A stretch of DNA of 64,000 bases from an uncultured Rhodospirillaceae bacterium (GTDB lineage: Bacteria > Pseudomonadota > Alphaproteobacteria > UBA11136). Positions 1 through 9,882 of the stretch are shown here, piece by piece. Numbering within the stretch: position 1 is the first letter of the stretch; every line of letters starts with the position of its first letter. The stretch spans positions 6,639 to 70,638 of the forward strand of contig CAYZWF010000002.1 in the NCBI GenBank assembly GCA_964482135.1. The letters are read 5' to 3'. The notes beneath the pieces were generated by a model. That model saw nothing but the letters and a program-made list of their open reading frames with translations. It did no database searches and was not told where the DNA came from. The translations under genes were made by a program, and so were the position numbers.

Positions 1-1
1 C

Positions 2-892
2 AAGTCCTACGCCGGACGCCCGGTGGTGATGGATGTGAGCCTGTCATTGCCGGAGGGCTATCTCATGGCTCTGGTGGGCCATAACGGCGCCGGCAAAAGC
101 ACATTGATAAAGCTGATGCTGGGCCTTACCCGTCCAACGGAGGGGGAGATTGGTATCCTCGGGCAAGACCCCCTGTCGCCGGGAGGGATGGAGGCGCGCT
201 CCAATACCGGGTTCCTGCCCGAGAACGTGGTCTTCGAAGGCGCCCTGAGCGGCCGCGAGGTAATGACTTTCTTTGCACGGATCAAGGGTGAGCCGGTGGC
301 GAAAAGTCTGGAGCTGTTCGATCTGGTGGGCCTCTCCCATGCCGTGGATATGAAGGTAAAAACCTATTCCAAGGGCATGCGTCAGCGCCTCGGACTGGCC
401 CAGGCATTTCTCGGGGAACCGCGGCTTCTGCTTCTCGACGAGCCCACCTCGGGTCTTGATTCGGCGGCCCAGATTCAATTCTACAATATCGTAAAAATGC
501 TTAAGGAACGCGGGGCCAGCATCCTTATTTCCTCTCATGCCCTGACCGAACTGGAAGCCCAGGCCGATCTGATCGCCATGATGAACTCGGGCCATCTCAT
601 GGCCTGTGCGTCCATCGGCGAGCTGCGGGAGATCGCCGGGCTGCCTTCCATGCTCCGCCTTTCGGTTCGCGATGGAAAAACATCGGAGGTGGCCGAACGT
701 CTGAAGAAATGCGGCGCCCCAACCAAAATAAACGGCACTCACGTGGAAATCGCGATTTCTCCGGACGATAAAATGACGACCCTGAAAAAGGTCGGCCAGT
801 TGGGAAAAGAAGTTCTCGATGTGGATGTCTATTCCCCCTCCCTCGATATGCTCTATACCGCTTTTTGCCAGCGCCGGGAGAACGGCCGGTGA
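2..892 (+). CDS. nosF: ABC transporter ATP-binding protein NosF (5'-partial; reading frame continues upstream of the window)
   Basis: Frame 2 is open from base 2 (KSYAGRPVVMDVSL...). Walker A motif GHNGAGKST, ABC signature LSGG-like region, Walker B LLLDEP. It is followed by nosY and nosL with coupled overlaps. Confidence 0.8.
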   Translation, partial: KSYAGRPVVMDVSLSLPEGYLMALVGHNGAGKSTLIKLMLGLTRPTEGEIGILGQDPLSPGGMEARSNTGFLPENVVFEGALSGREVMTFFARIKGEPVAKSLELFDLVGLSHAVDMKVKTYSKGMRQRLGLAQAFLGEPRLLLLDEPTSGLDSAAQIQFYNIVKMLKERGASILISSHALTELEAQADLIAMMNSGHLMACASIGELREIAGLPSMLRLSVRDGKTSEVAERLKKCGAPTKINGTHVEIAISPDDKMTTLKKVGQLGKEVLDVDVYSPSLDMLYTAFCQRRENGR

Positions 893-1719
893 AAAACATT
901 CTCGTGATTGCCGGGAAGGAAATTCGCGACGGGATTCGCAATCGTTGGATTCTGGCGACCGCGCTGTTGCTGGGCGGCCTCTCTCTCGGCCTGGCTTTTC
1001 TGGGTTCTGCACCGGTGGGCGAAGTGGGCGCGAGCCGCCTGGCGGTCACCGTCGTCAGCCTGGCCAGCCTGATGATTTTGCTGGGCCCGTTAATCGCCCT
1101 GATGCTGTCCTTTGACGCCATCGTCGGCGATGTGGAGCGCGGTACGTTGCTGTTGCTGTTGTCGTACCCCTTGTCACGGGGACAGCTCATCCTCGGCAAG
1201 TTCGCCGGTCATGTGAGCATTTTTTCGGCCGCGGTTGTGATGGGCTATGGCGTGGCGGCGCTGGCCATAACATTAAGCGGGGAGGAGATCGCATCGGGTG
1301 AATGGGCGGCGTTTCTTGGCCTTGCCGGGTCTTCCATAATGCTGGGCGCGGCCTTCATCTCCATGGGTTATCTGGTGAGCGTTCTGGTGAAAGAGCGGGC
1401 GACGGCGGCAGGAATCGCCATTGGATTATGGCTGTTGTTCGCGCTGCTCTACGACATGGTGCTGCTTGGTATTCTGGTGGCTGATAAGGGCGCCACCCTC
1501 AAGCCGGATCTCTTTAACGTCCTGCTTCTGATTAATCCGGCCGATGCCTTTCGGCTGTTCAATCTTTCCGGACTGGACAGCATCGGCACCCTGTCCGGTA
1601 TGGCGGCTTTGGCCGGACATGCCGATTTCTCTCCCTGGACGGCCTTGTCGGCCCTTCTGGCATGGGTCATCGCACCCCTTGGCCTGACCGGGATGCTTTT
1701 CAGGCGCAAGGAAATCTGA
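889..1719 (+). CDS. nosY: ABC-2 type permease NosY
   Basis: Polytopic membrane protein directly after nosF. The likely GTG start at 889 overlaps the nosF TGA stop (GTGA). The ORF track starts it at 865. Confidence 0.75.
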   Translation: MKNILVIAGKEIRDGIRNRWILATALLLGGLSLGLAFLGSAPVGEVGASRLAVTVVSLASLMILLGPLIALMLSFDAIVGDVERGTLLLLLSYPLSRGQLILGKFAGHVSIFSAAVVMGYGVAALAITLSGEEIASGEWAAFLGLAGSSIMLGAAFISMGYLVSVLVKERATAAGIAIGLWLLFALLYDMVLLGILVADKGATLKPDLFNVLLLINPADAFRLFNLSGLDSIGTLSGMAALAGHADFSPWTALSALLAWVIAPLGLTGMLFRRKEI

Positions 1720-2267
1720 TGGCGAATCATTTCGTTATGATGTTTTTCCTGGCGGCCTTGTTGCTCCCGGCCGGATGTGGCGAGGAGGATGTTCCGCCGC
1801 CGCCGCCCCAGGAGCTTACCGGAAACGATGCCGGTTATTTCTGCAGCATGACCGTCATCGGCCACCCCGGACCGAAGGCGCAGATTCATTTGACCGGCAA
1901 TGAAAAGCCCCTGTGGTTTACTTCCGTGCGCGACATGTTCGGTTTTCTCCTGCTGCCGGGAGAATCAAGGGAGGTGGCGGCGATTTACGTCACCGATATG
2001 ACCGGCAATGACGACTGGGAGGGTGCCGCCACGGGCCCCTGGGTCGATCCGAAAACGGCCTGGTTCGTGATTGACAGTTCAAAAACCGGAGGCATGGGGG
2101 CGGCCGAAACGGTGCCCTTTTCGGGAAAAGAGGAGGCCCAATCCTTTGCGGATAAATTCGGCGGCCGCCTGGTTTCATTCGACGGTGTGCCCGCGGATTA
2201 TATCTTCAATACCAACAGCGGACTCGAACGTGATAGGGCGGAGTCCGCCACGCCCGGAAAGGATTGA
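1719..2267 (+). CDS. nosL: Copper-binding lipoprotein NosL
   Basis: ATG at 1719 overlaps the nosY stop (TGATG). Lipoprotein signal MANHFVMMFFLAALLLPAGC, and an NosL-like Met/His-rich domain (CSMTVIGHPGPKAQIH). Confidence 0.8.
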   Translation: MANHFVMMFFLAALLLPAGCGEEDVPPPPPQELTGNDAGYFCSMTVIGHPGPKAQIHLTGNEKPLWFTSVRDMFGFLLLPGESREVAAIYVTDMTGNDDWEGAATGPWVDPKTAWFVIDSSKTGGMGAAETVPFSGKEEAQSFADKFGGRLVSFDGVPADYIFNTNSGLERDRAESATPGKD

Positions 2268-3229
2268 TCGAGGTGACAGCTTCCATAGCCCGCCGCCGTT
2301 TTTTGGCCATCAGCGCCGCGGGAGCCGGGCTGCAAATCCTTCTTCCCGGCGCCGTGGCGGCATCGGCTGCCCCGGAAACCCTCGTCCGCTGGAATGGGCT
2401 CGCCCTTGGCGCCCGTTCGGAAATTCTGCTCAACATGCCGGAGCGCGCCCGCGCCCGGGCCCTGATCGAACGGGTGGTTGGTGAAATCAAAAGGCTGGAG
2501 AAAATTTTTTCCCTCTACCGCTCCGATTCCGCCATCAGCCGGCTCAACCGGGATGGACATCTCGGCGATCCGCCGCCGGAGTTTGTCGAGCTCTTGAGTC
2601 ATGCCGCGGCCATCAGCGAGGCAACCGGCGGACATTTCGATATCACCGTCCAGCCACTGTGGCGGCTTTACAGCAACTATGGAGACGGTCCTATTTCAGA
2701 GCGGCTGCAACGCCAGGTTCTCGAACTCGTGGGTTACCGGGCGGTCGAGGTGGAGCGGAAGGTGGTTCGTTTCGCCCGCCGGGGGATGGAAATTACCCTC
2801 AACGGAATTGCCCAGGGATATATCACGGACAAGGTCACCCGGTTGCTGCGCAACGAGGGCCTGGACAATACTCTGGTGCAATTGGGGGAGACCCGGGCCC
2901 TGGGGACGCATCCTTCGGGACGGCCCTGGCTTATCGGTATCGAAAATCCCGCCGCGCGCGGGAAAAGCAAATGGTCCCTTGCCCTGGAAAATCAGGCCCT
3001 GGCTACATCGGGGGGCTATGGCGGGCCGTTGGCGGGATCGAAAAATCACATTTTAAATCCCCATAACGGACAAAGCCCCGGGGACCATGAAAGCCTGACG
3101 GTGGTTGCTGGAAATGCAACCACGGCCGACGCTCTCTCCACGGGGTTTATTTCAATGCCGGAGAATAAGGTTAAAACGGTGCTTAAATCTTATCCCGGGG
3201 TCTCCGTCCATCCTTTGAAAAGCGGCTGA
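2264..3229 (+). CDS. nosX: ApbE-family FAD:protein FMN transferase (NosX-like)
   Basis: Tat-type signal (ARRRFLAISAAGAG). ApbE family hallmarks (ITLNGIAQGYITD, ATSGGYG). Positioned after nosL. Start is TTG at 2264 or GTG at 2273. Confidence 0.8.
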   Translation: MIEVTASIARRRFLAISAAGAGLQILLPGAVAASAAPETLVRWNGLALGARSEILLNMPERARARALIERVVGEIKRLEKIFSLYRSDSAISRLNRDGHLGDPPPEFVELLSHAAAISEATGGHFDITVQPLWRLYSNYGDGPISERLQRQVLELVGYRAVEVERKVVRFARRGMEITLNGIAQGYITDKVTRLLRNEGLDNTLVQLGETRALGTHPSGRPWLIGIENPAARGKSKWSLALENQALATSGGYGGPLAGSKNHILNPHNGQSPGDHESLTVVAGNATTADALSTGFISMPENKVKTVLKSYPGVSVHPLKSG

Positions 3230-3316
3230 TTGATTTCTTGATCCCGCCAACGGCCCGCCATAAACCAACGGTCCCCGGTTTATCGCCGGAGGTTTTTGGT
3301 GTTGAGGAACGGGGAG

Positions 3317-4936
3317 TCAGTGGCTGGTGCCCGAAGAGCGGGTGATCTTGTTGTAGACGTTGTATTTACCCGAGGGCTTGTTCATGGGTATCCGTTTCAC
3401 CTCTTCTAAAGTGGCGGCGTCGTAGACCACCAGCGCGCCGTCTTCCTCCCATATGCTGACCAGGGCGTAGCGGCCGTCGCGGGTGAATTCCACATGGGCG
3501 GCGGTCTTGCCCGGCGCCGGGCGCAGGGTCTTGACGATCTCCAGCGTTTTCTTGTCGATCACGTGGAGGGCGTCGCGGTTGGGGCCGAAGAAGACATCGG
3601 CCCAGGCATAGGGCGTGTTTTCGTGGCTGCGCATGAAAAAGCCCGGCCCCAGGGTCTCGATGCGCTTGACGGTCTCCCAGTTTTCCATGTCGATGACGCT
3701 GATCATGTTCTCCCGCAGATGGGGCGTGGCCATGACTTCCCTGCCGTCGTGCCGCCAGTAAATGCCGGAGCCGAGATGGGGCATGCCGTCAAGCGCCAAG
3801 TCGGCGATCTTTCTCCTGACATCGAGGTTATAGACCGCCCCGCCCTTGCCGTCGCGGGAGGCGCCGATGACCTCGGCATAGGCGGGATCAAAGAAAAAGT
3901 CATCGAGGTAATCCTCGAGCTTGATACGGCGCCGGGCGAAGGGCTGTTCCTCGACGACGATTCCTTCCACCTGGCCGCTACGGTAGCTGTGGACGAAGTT
4001 TCCATAGACCGGGGCGGCGTTTGGATCGTAGGAGAGTTCCCATACCTCCTTGAAGTCCTTAAGGGCGGCGATGAAGCTTTTACGCGGGGCCGCGTCGTAA
4101 ACCGCGCTCACCCGGGAGCTCGCGCCCTTGCCGTCATCGACGGAGATGACCCGGAACAGCGACAGATCGGCGGCGTTGAGGACCACCAGGCTATGGGGCA
4201 GGTAGTTGCCCACCATGACCCATTTCCCGTCCGATGAGACGGCGATATTGCGGGTATTGATGCCGGCGCGGATTTCGGCCACCGGCTTGAGGCCGTAAAG
4301 GTCGTATTTGCTGACCCAGCCGTCGCGCGAGCCGAGATAGACGAAACGGCCGTCGGGCGAATATTTGGCGCCGCCATGGAGGGCGAAGCGGGAAGGAAAA
4401 CGCCACAGGGGCTCGAAACTGTCGCCGTCGAGAATGGTGACGTGGTGATCGCCGGTCTCCACCACGGTGAACAGGTTCAAGGGGTCGGCGCCGTGAACGG
4501 GGGCCTCGGGCAGCCCGGCCACGGCGTTGTGGACCACATGAGTGGCGGCGATTTCGGTGCGGCCCCATTGCGGCAGGTGCGGAAGAGGGGTGTAGATCAA
4601 TTCCGTCAACGCCGCGATTTCGTCGGCGGAGAGCTTGCCGGAGAATCCCTGCATCTGGGTGGCGATGCGGCCCTCGGCGGTGACTTTGCGGGCTTCGTCC
4701 TTCTTTAGCCGTTTCAGGTTCTCCGGGAGCAGGGCCGGGCCTTCGCCGCCCAGCCTGTCGGAACCGTGGCATTCGCCGCAGTGGGTGGCGTAGAGGGCCT
4801 TTACATTGGAAGCGCCGTTGGGGGGGGCGTCGCCGGGAACGGCCTTGAGCGTGACTTCCGCTTTAACGGTGGCTGTAACGGTGGCGGGCAGGAGCCACGC
4901 CAGCACCGCCAGCAGGAGGCTAAATCGCGGCGGCAT
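3317..4936 (-). CDS. nirN: Cytochrome cd1-like protein NirN (c-heme domain plus 8-bladed propeller; dihydro-heme d1 dehydrogenase family)
   Basis: Signal peptide MPPRFSLLLAVLAWLL. Heme c motif CGECHG followed by a cd1 beta-propeller (VVETGDHHVTILDGDSFEP...). The 741-aa ORF in the track is an artefactual 5' extension; the real ATG is at 4936. Last gene after nirJ. Confidence 0.8.
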   Translation of the reverse strand: MPPRFSLLLAVLAWLLPATVTATVKAEVTLKAVPGDAPPNGASNVKALYATHCGECHGSDRLGGEGPALLPENLKRLKKDEARKVTAEGRIATQMQGFSGKLSADEIAALTELIYTPLPHLPQWGRTEIAATHVVHNAVAGLPEAPVHGADPLNLFTVVETGDHHVTILDGDSFEPLWRFPSRFALHGGAKYSPDGRFVYLGSRDGWVSKYDLYGLKPVAEIRAGINTRNIAVSSDGKWVMVGNYLPHSLVVLNAADLSLFRVISVDDGKGASSRVSAVYDAAPRKSFIAALKDFKEVWELSYDPNAAPVYGNFVHSYRSGQVEGIVVEEQPFARRRIKLEDYLDDFFFDPAYAEVIGASRDGKGGAVYNLDVRRKIADLALDGMPHLGSGIYWRHDGREVMATPHLRENMISVIDMENWETVKRIETLGPGFFMRSHENTPYAWADVFFGPNRDALHVIDKKTLEIVKTLRPAPGKTAAHVEFTRDGRYALVSIWEEDGALVVYDAATLEEVKRIPMNKPSGKYNVYNKITRSSGTSH

Positions 4937-6134
4937 GGCCGGTTTTGGCGGAGGCGGGAGTCTGCGCCGGTGTTTCAGTGAGTCCGATTTCGCCATCATC
5001 GAGGTAACAGCCGGGATCTTCGGCCCAGGGATCGTCCGTCGTCTGCAAGGCGCGGATACGGGTATTGCCGTTGCAGATGGCGAAATAGCCGCATTGGCCG
5101 CAACGCCCGCCGATCTGCCGGGGATGGCGCTTGAGTCCGGCCATGATGGGGTCGGAAACATCGCCCCAGATTTCTGAGAAGGGACGCTCGCGCACAGTAC
5201 CGAGGTCGTAATGCCACCAGAAGGTGTCGGGGTGCACATGGCCCTGGTTATCGATATTGGCCACGTTGACGCCCGACGAATTGCCGCCCCAGCGGATAAG
5301 GCCCTCATGGAGGTGTTTTTCGGCCTCGGGAAAACGCTCCCGCGCCCAATGCAGAAGATAGACGCCATCGGCGTCGTTATTGCCGGTGACGAATTCTTTC
5401 CCGCCATCGGCCTCCACGTCACGCCAGGCGGTCTCGAAGAGTAGGTCCATGGCTTGGCGCGTGGTCCCGAAAAAGGCGTCGTCGCCGCGGTTGCGGTTGC
5501 CGCGTCCGGCATAGTTGAGATGGGAGAGGTAGAATTTATCAATGTCCTCTTCGTCCATGAGGGCGAGCAGGCGCGGCAGGTCGGCGGCGTTGTCCTTGGT
5601 CATGGTGAAGCGGATACCCACCTTGATCCCGGCCTCGCGGCACAGGCGGATGCCCGCCAGCGAGGCGTCATAGGCGCCTTCCTTGCGCCGGAAACGGTCA
5701 TGGGTGGCGCCGATGCCATCCAAGCTGATCCCCACATAGTCGTACCCCACCCCGGCGATGGCGCCGATCATGTCAGGCGTGATGAGGGTGCCGTTACTGG
5801 AGAGCCCCACATAGAAGCCCATGTCCTTGGCGCGCTGGGAAATCTCGAAGATGTCGGGGCGCAGCAGGGGTTCGCCGCCGGAAAGGATGAGGACAGGCAC
5901 ACCGAAGGCCTTCAAGTCGTCCATGACGGCGGCCACTTCCCGGGTGCTGAGTTCGTCGGGGAAATCGGTGTCGGCGGAAATGGAATAGCAGTGGCGGCAG
6001 GTGAGGTTACAGCGCCGGATCAGGTTCCAGATCACCACAGGTCCAGGCGGGGTGGATGGGCCATTCCCCGAGGCGCGCGCGGGCGCCGCGCCGGGGCTGG
6101 CGATCTCGCGCATGAATTTGCTGATGCGGAACAT
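4920..6134 (-). CDS. nirJ: Radical SAM heme d1 biosynthesis protein NirJ
   Basis: Radical SAM CxxxCxxC (CNLTCRHC), SPASM-like C-terminal cysteines. Position between nirH and nirN. Confidence 0.85.
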   Translation of the reverse strand: MFRISKFMREIASPGAAPARASGNGPSTPPGPVVIWNLIRRCNLTCRHCYSISADTDFPDELSTREVAAVMDDLKAFGVPVLILSGGEPLLRPDIFEISQRAKDMGFYVGLSSNGTLITPDMIGAIAGVGYDYVGISLDGIGATHDRFRRKEGAYDASLAGIRLCREAGIKVGIRFTMTKDNAADLPRLLALMDEEDIDKFYLSHLNYAGRGNRNRGDDAFFGTTRQAMDLLFETAWRDVEADGGKEFVTGNNDADGVYLLHWARERFPEAEKHLHEGLIRWGGNSSGVNVANIDNQGHVHPDTFWWHYDLGTVRERPFSEIWGDVSDPIMAGLKRHPRQIGGRCGQCGYFAICNGNTRIRALQTTDDPWAEDPGCYLDDGEIGLTETPAQTPASAKTGHAAAI

Positions 6135-6161
6135 GGCGGCTCCCGGTTTTCCTCCTGGGCC

Positions 6162-6680
6162 CTAGGTAAACCGCATCCCGGTCTTTTTGAGGATGCCGGT
6201 GCTGAGAAGTATATCGTGAGAGCGCAGATGGGAGTGGAGAAGATCGGCGATTTCAGCCATTTTTTCGCGGACTTCGGACTCTTCGCGGCCATGAACCATG
6301 GCGAACAGGTTATAGGGCCATTGCGGCGGGTGGCGCGGCCGCAGGTAGCAATGGCTGACGAAATCGAGCGCCGCCACGCGCCTCCCCAGCTCATCGGACA
6401 TATGGTCGTGTATGTCCCACACCGTCATGGCGTTGGCGCCATAGCCCAGCGCATAGTGGTTGGGCAGGGCGGCGATACGGCGTAACGCGCCGGCTTCCGT
6501 CATGGCCTTGAGGCGGGCCATCACATCTTCCACGTCGAGGTTCAGCGCCTCGGCCACGGCATGATAGGGGCGCAGGCAGAGAGGCAGGCCCTTTTGGGTG
6601 GCCTGGATGATGCGGCGGTCGGTTTCGTCGGGCTGGTATGCCGCCGCCTCATATGACTCGAAGGCCTGTACTTCAGACAT
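6162..6680 (-). CDS. nirH: Siroheme decarboxylase subunit (AsnC/Lrp-like; NirH-type)
   Basis: AsnC-like fold with the conserved HCYLRPRHPPQWPYNLFAMVHG motif shared with the nirD/L/G paralogs. Fourth of four tandem paralogs. Confidence 0.75.
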   Translation of the reverse strand: MSEVQAFESYEAAAYQPDETDRRIIQATQKGLPLCLRPYHAVAEALNLDVEDVMARLKAMTEAGALRRIAALPNHYALGYGANAMTVWDIHDHMSDELGRRVAALDFVSHCYLRPRHPPQWPYNLFAMVHGREESEVREKMAEIADLLHSHLRSHDILLSTGILKKTGMRFT

Positions 6681-7146
6681 GGAATTTCAGCCCTATGTAA
6701 TATTCGTCGATCTTGGGAAAATCGAGAACCTTGCAGCCGGTGGCGGTCTCGATCTCGTTCAATACCTCGGCGATGCGTTCGGGAGTTTCCACTGCCAGCA
6801 CGAACCACATGTTGAGATCATGGTCGCGGCGGTAATTATGGGCCACCTCGGTAAAGCCGTTGACGGTCTCGGCGATGGTCTCGAACTCCCTTTCCGGGGC
6901 GGAAAGAGCGGCCAGGGTCAGGGCTCCGCCCAGCCGTTCGGCGTTGTAAAGGGGTCCAAACCGGGTCAGGACGCCGCCTTCCAGGAGCCGTTCGATGCGC
7001 GTCACCACTTCGTCCTCGTCAATTCCGGACCGCGAGGCGGCTTGCGCGAAGGGGCGTTCGCAGACGGGAATTCCCTCTTGCAGGTCATTGACCAGCAGGC
7101 GGTCGATGGCGTCCAGCGCCACGGTATCCTGGGTCAGTGCGGTCAC
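6673..7146 (-). CDS. nirG: Siroheme decarboxylase subunit (NirG-type)
   Basis: Start reassigned to GTG 7146..7144, which overlaps the TGA stop of nirL (GTGA). This removes a 170-nt overlap implied by the longer ORF in the track. Motif HNYRRDHDLNMWFVLA. Confidence 0.7.
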   Translation of the reverse strand: MTALTQDTVALDAIDRLLVNDLQEGIPVCERPFAQAASRSGIDEDEVVTRIERLLEGGVLTRFGPLYNAERLGGALTLAALSAPEREFETIAETVNGFTEVAHNYRRDHDLNMWFVLAVETPERIAEVLNEIETATGCKVLDFPKIDEYYIGLKFHV

Positions 7147-7712
7147 GCCACGTTTCCTTGCTGGCCGCGGCTTGCTCTCTGCGAATCGCGGTTGGGGGCG
7201 GCGCTCTCCAGCGTGGCGTTCTCCGGCTTGGCGGTATGAGCGTAACGCGCGCCGCACTGCTTGAAGCGGCGGTGGCTGAAGAGCACGGCGCGGGGAAAGG
7301 TGTTGAGCCCGCACTCCCGGGTCAGGGTTTCGATCTGTGCTTCCACGGTGTCACGGTTGTGGCCATGGATCATGCAGAACAGGTTATAGGGCCAGTGCGG
7401 CGCGGCGCGGCGGCGGCGATAGCACAGGGTGACGTGGGGCAGCGCCGAAAGCAGTTCTCCCAGCGCCGCGGCCTCTTCGTCGGGCACGTCCCATACCACC
7501 ATGGCGTTGGCGTGGTAGCCGAGAGTGTGATGGCGGACCACGATCCCGAAACGGCTGATAAGCCCGGCCTCGCGCAGGGCCTTCAGGCGTTCGATGACCT
7601 GGGTTTCCTCCAGGCCCACCCGTTCGCCGATCTCGCGGTAGGGGCGGGGAACGGAAGGCAGGCCCTGTTCGAGGGCGGCGATCAGCCGATGGTCATAGGT
7701 GTCGAGAATCAT
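7143..7712 (-). CDS. nirL: Siroheme decarboxylase subunit (NirL-type)
   Basis: AsnC-like N-terminus, motif LCYRRRRAAPHWPYNLFCMIHG. ATGA overlap with the nirD stop. Confidence 0.75.
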   Translation of the reverse strand: MILDTYDHRLIAALEQGLPSVPRPYREIGERVGLEETQVIERLKALREAGLISRFGIVVRHHTLGYHANAMVVWDVPDEEAAALGELLSALPHVTLCYRRRRAAPHWPYNLFCMIHGHNRDTVEAQIETLTRECGLNTFPRAVLFSHRRFKQCGARYAHTAKPENATLESAAPNRDSQRASRGQQGNVA

Positions 7713-8191
7713 GACAGTGGGAATCCGAGATTGATGTGATAGGCCTCTTCGAGGGGCAGGTTAAGGGCGTCGAGCCCGGTTTCTTGCGCGAGGCTACGGA
7801 GAACGCCTTCCACCGCTTCCTTGTCAGGCGCGGTGACCACGAACCACAGATTAAATTCATGGTCGCGTTCGTAATTATGGTTCACATGGGGGTTGGTGCT
7901 GACCATATCCGCCACCTGTTCCAGGCGTTCGCTGGGCACGTTCATGGCCGCCAGGGTGCTCCATCCCGCGCGGTGGGGGCGCAACAGCGGCCCGATACGA
8001 TCGAGGATTCCCCGTTCTCTTAAGCTATCGAGAATTTCCATGATCTCCGCCTCTTCGGTTCCCAACTCCCGGGCCATGGCGGCGTAAGGGTCGGGGACCA
8101 GGGGAAAGCCGTCCTGAAAGGCGTTGAGAATGCGCTTTTCCATTTCGGAAAGGCGGGGGGCGTCGGTGCTGTCGGGGAGGGGCGGGGTCAT
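7709..8191 (-). CDS. nirD: Siroheme decarboxylase subunit (NirD-type)
   Basis: AsnC-like, motif HNYERDHEFNLWFVV. First of the four paralogs after nirF. Confidence 0.75.
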   Translation of the reverse strand: MTPPLPDSTDAPRLSEMEKRILNAFQDGFPLVPDPYAAMARELGTEEAEIMEILDSLRERGILDRIGPLLRPHRAGWSTLAAMNVPSERLEQVADMVSTNPHVNHNYERDHEFNLWFVVTAPDKEAVEGVLRSLAQETGLDALNLPLEEAYHINLGFPLS

Positions 8192-8194
8192 GGC

Positions 8195-9394
8195 TTATAA
8201 TCCGATTTTGTGGGCACGGGCCGACATGAAGATACCGCTTGGTTTTGCCGCCGTAATCTCACCCAATTTGGCGAAGTTGTCTGTGTCATAGATCACAACC
8301 TTATCGTCATCGCGCACCGAAACCCAGACCTGTTCGCCGCGTGGGGTGAATTCCAGATGCAGCACCGCCGGGCCGGGCTTGAGTTCATGCACTATCTGTT
8401 TCGAGGCCACGTCAATGACCTGGACCGTATCATTTAGGGGGTGGGCGAAAGTGACCCAGACCTGGCGCCCGTCGGGCCGGGCGATGACGAAGACGGGCTG
8501 GCCGTGGACGGGAATCCGCCCCACTTCGCGCCAGTCGTCACGCGCCACCATCAAGACCTCGTGGCGGCCCACGGCGGGAAGGAACAGCAACCCGCCGGCC
8601 TCGGCCCAGCCTTCGAGATGGGGCATTTTGTAGACCGGGAGCGGTTCCTCGCCGCGGCCATAGCCGTCGAGAATACGCCGTACGCCTTTCTTCGGATTCC
8701 ACAGGTCGAGCAGGGCCACGCCATCCTCGCCGAACAGCCCGGCCAGATAATAGCGTCCGTCGGGGGTAATCAGGCCGTCATAGGGAAGGTTGCCGATGTC
8801 GCGGAATTTGGTCAGTTCCGGTTGGATGGGCTGTTTCATGCCGGCGATCCAGATTTCCCCGGCGTCATAAAGGGTAAAAACGAAATCTCCGCCCGGCGCG
8901 TCCACCAGCCCCACCACCTTGGAAAGATTCCCATCGCCGTTGACGGCGGGAATTTCCGTCACCTGGTCGAGGGATGCTGTGTCGAATACCTTGACTCCGC
9001 CGGGGTCGTAATTGGACACGGCAACCAGCTTGCCGTCCTGGGAAATGGCCCCGCCGATGCTGTTTCCGGCCTGGAGCACCCGCCCAACCAGCTTGCCGGA
9101 GAGAAGGTCCACCTTGCTCAGCCCGCCATCGCGCCCGAAGATGAAGGCGTTGCGGGTATCGCGGGAAAAAACCACCGAGGCATGGGAAAGATCGCCCAGG
9201 CCGGTGACGTGATGCAGGGTCTTGCGATTCGTGGTGTCGGCAATGACCAGGCCGCCCGAGGCCCGTTCCACGATCACGGCGAGGTCGCCGCTGCCGCGTT
9301 TTTCCTCCGTTACCGTCTGGCCGGGAGACAGAAACCACGCCAGCGCAAGCAACGTCAGCACCGCGAAAACAATATTCCATCCCTTAAGGGGCAT
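8195..9394 (-). CDS. nirF: Heme d1 biosynthesis protein NirF (cd1-like beta-propeller without heme c)
   Basis: N-terminal signal/TM region, then propeller repeats homologous to the NirS C-terminal domain. No CxxCH motif. Sits between nirC and nirD. Confidence 0.8.
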   Translation of the reverse strand: MPLKGWNIVFAVLTLLALAWFLSPGQTVTEEKRGSGDLAVIVERASGGLVIADTTNRKTLHHVTGLGDLSHASVVFSRDTRNAFIFGRDGGLSKVDLLSGKLVGRVLQAGNSIGGAISQDGKLVAVSNYDPGGVKVFDTASLDQVTEIPAVNGDGNLSKVVGLVDAPGGDFVFTLYDAGEIWIAGMKQPIQPELTKFRDIGNLPYDGLITPDGRYYLAGLFGEDGVALLDLWNPKKGVRRILDGYGRGEEPLPVYKMPHLEGWAEAGGLLFLPAVGRHEVLMVARDDWREVGRIPVHGQPVFVIARPDGRQVWVTFAHPLNDTVQVIDVASKQIVHELKPGPAVLHLEFTPRGEQVWVSVRDDDKVVIYDTDNFAKLGEITAAKPSGIFMSARAHKIGL

Positions 9395-9734
9395 CGGCGG
9401 CTCCCTGTTTCAGGCGCTCTACCAGCCAGGCCGCCTCAGCCGGGGTGATTAGCCCCTTCCAGGGCGGCATGGGCGTTCCCGGCACGCCGTCAAGAATGAT
9501 CGCGCTCAGCATCTCGTTGTCCTTTCCATCCAGTGCCGGGGTAGTGAGGGGCAACCCCAGCCCGCCGGTAAGCCGTAAGCCATGACAGGCGCCACAATCC
9601 TGTTTGAGCAGGTGCAGAAGGGCGGCTTGGCGCTCGGCCGGGGGCTCGGCCGGACCGGCTTGTGTAAAAAAAGGCCAGAGAAAGCCAGCCAGAAAAAGGC
9701 CCAGAACTCCCACCGTTCCCGCTTTCATATCCAT
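9384..9734 (-). CDS. nirC: Monoheme cytochrome c NirC (c55X-type)
   Basis: Signal peptide then single CGACHG motif, about 100 residues. Start chosen at MDMKAG (9734) or MKAG (9728, better AAGGA spacing). The GTG-initiated 141-aa version in the track is probably over-extended. Confidence 0.7.
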   Translation of the reverse strand: MDMKAGTVGVLGLFLAGFLWPFFTQAGPAEPPAERQAALLHLLKQDCGACHGLRLTGGLGLPLTTPALDGKDNEMLSAIILDGVPGTPMPPWKGLITPAEAAWLVERLKQGAADAP

Positions 9735-9882
9735 CCTTTTGTTGTTAGTGCGACTTAAGGTTAAAGTTCCATCGGTCCTGTTGTGGGCCCGGTTTAAAAT
9801 TTCGAACACGCCCGGAGATGACGGCGGAGGACTCCGGCTTGTTGTCCGCCGCCGCTAAACCCGCGCAACGCCATCTATGCAA

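Noticed and set aside
4937-5542. 5' extension of the nirN ORF in the track (741 aa) that overlaps nirJ on the same strand
   Set aside because: The first 202 residues are Pro/Ser/Thr/Ala-rich nonsense with no signal peptide. A proper signal peptide and start (MPPRFSLLL) begin at 4936, and the overlapped stretch is accounted for by nirJ.
5454-6485. 343-aa plus-strand ORF antisense to nirJ
   Set aside because: Low-complexity Gly/Ala/Val-rich translation typical of antisense frames in high-GC DNA. The opposite strand encodes a clear radical-SAM protein.
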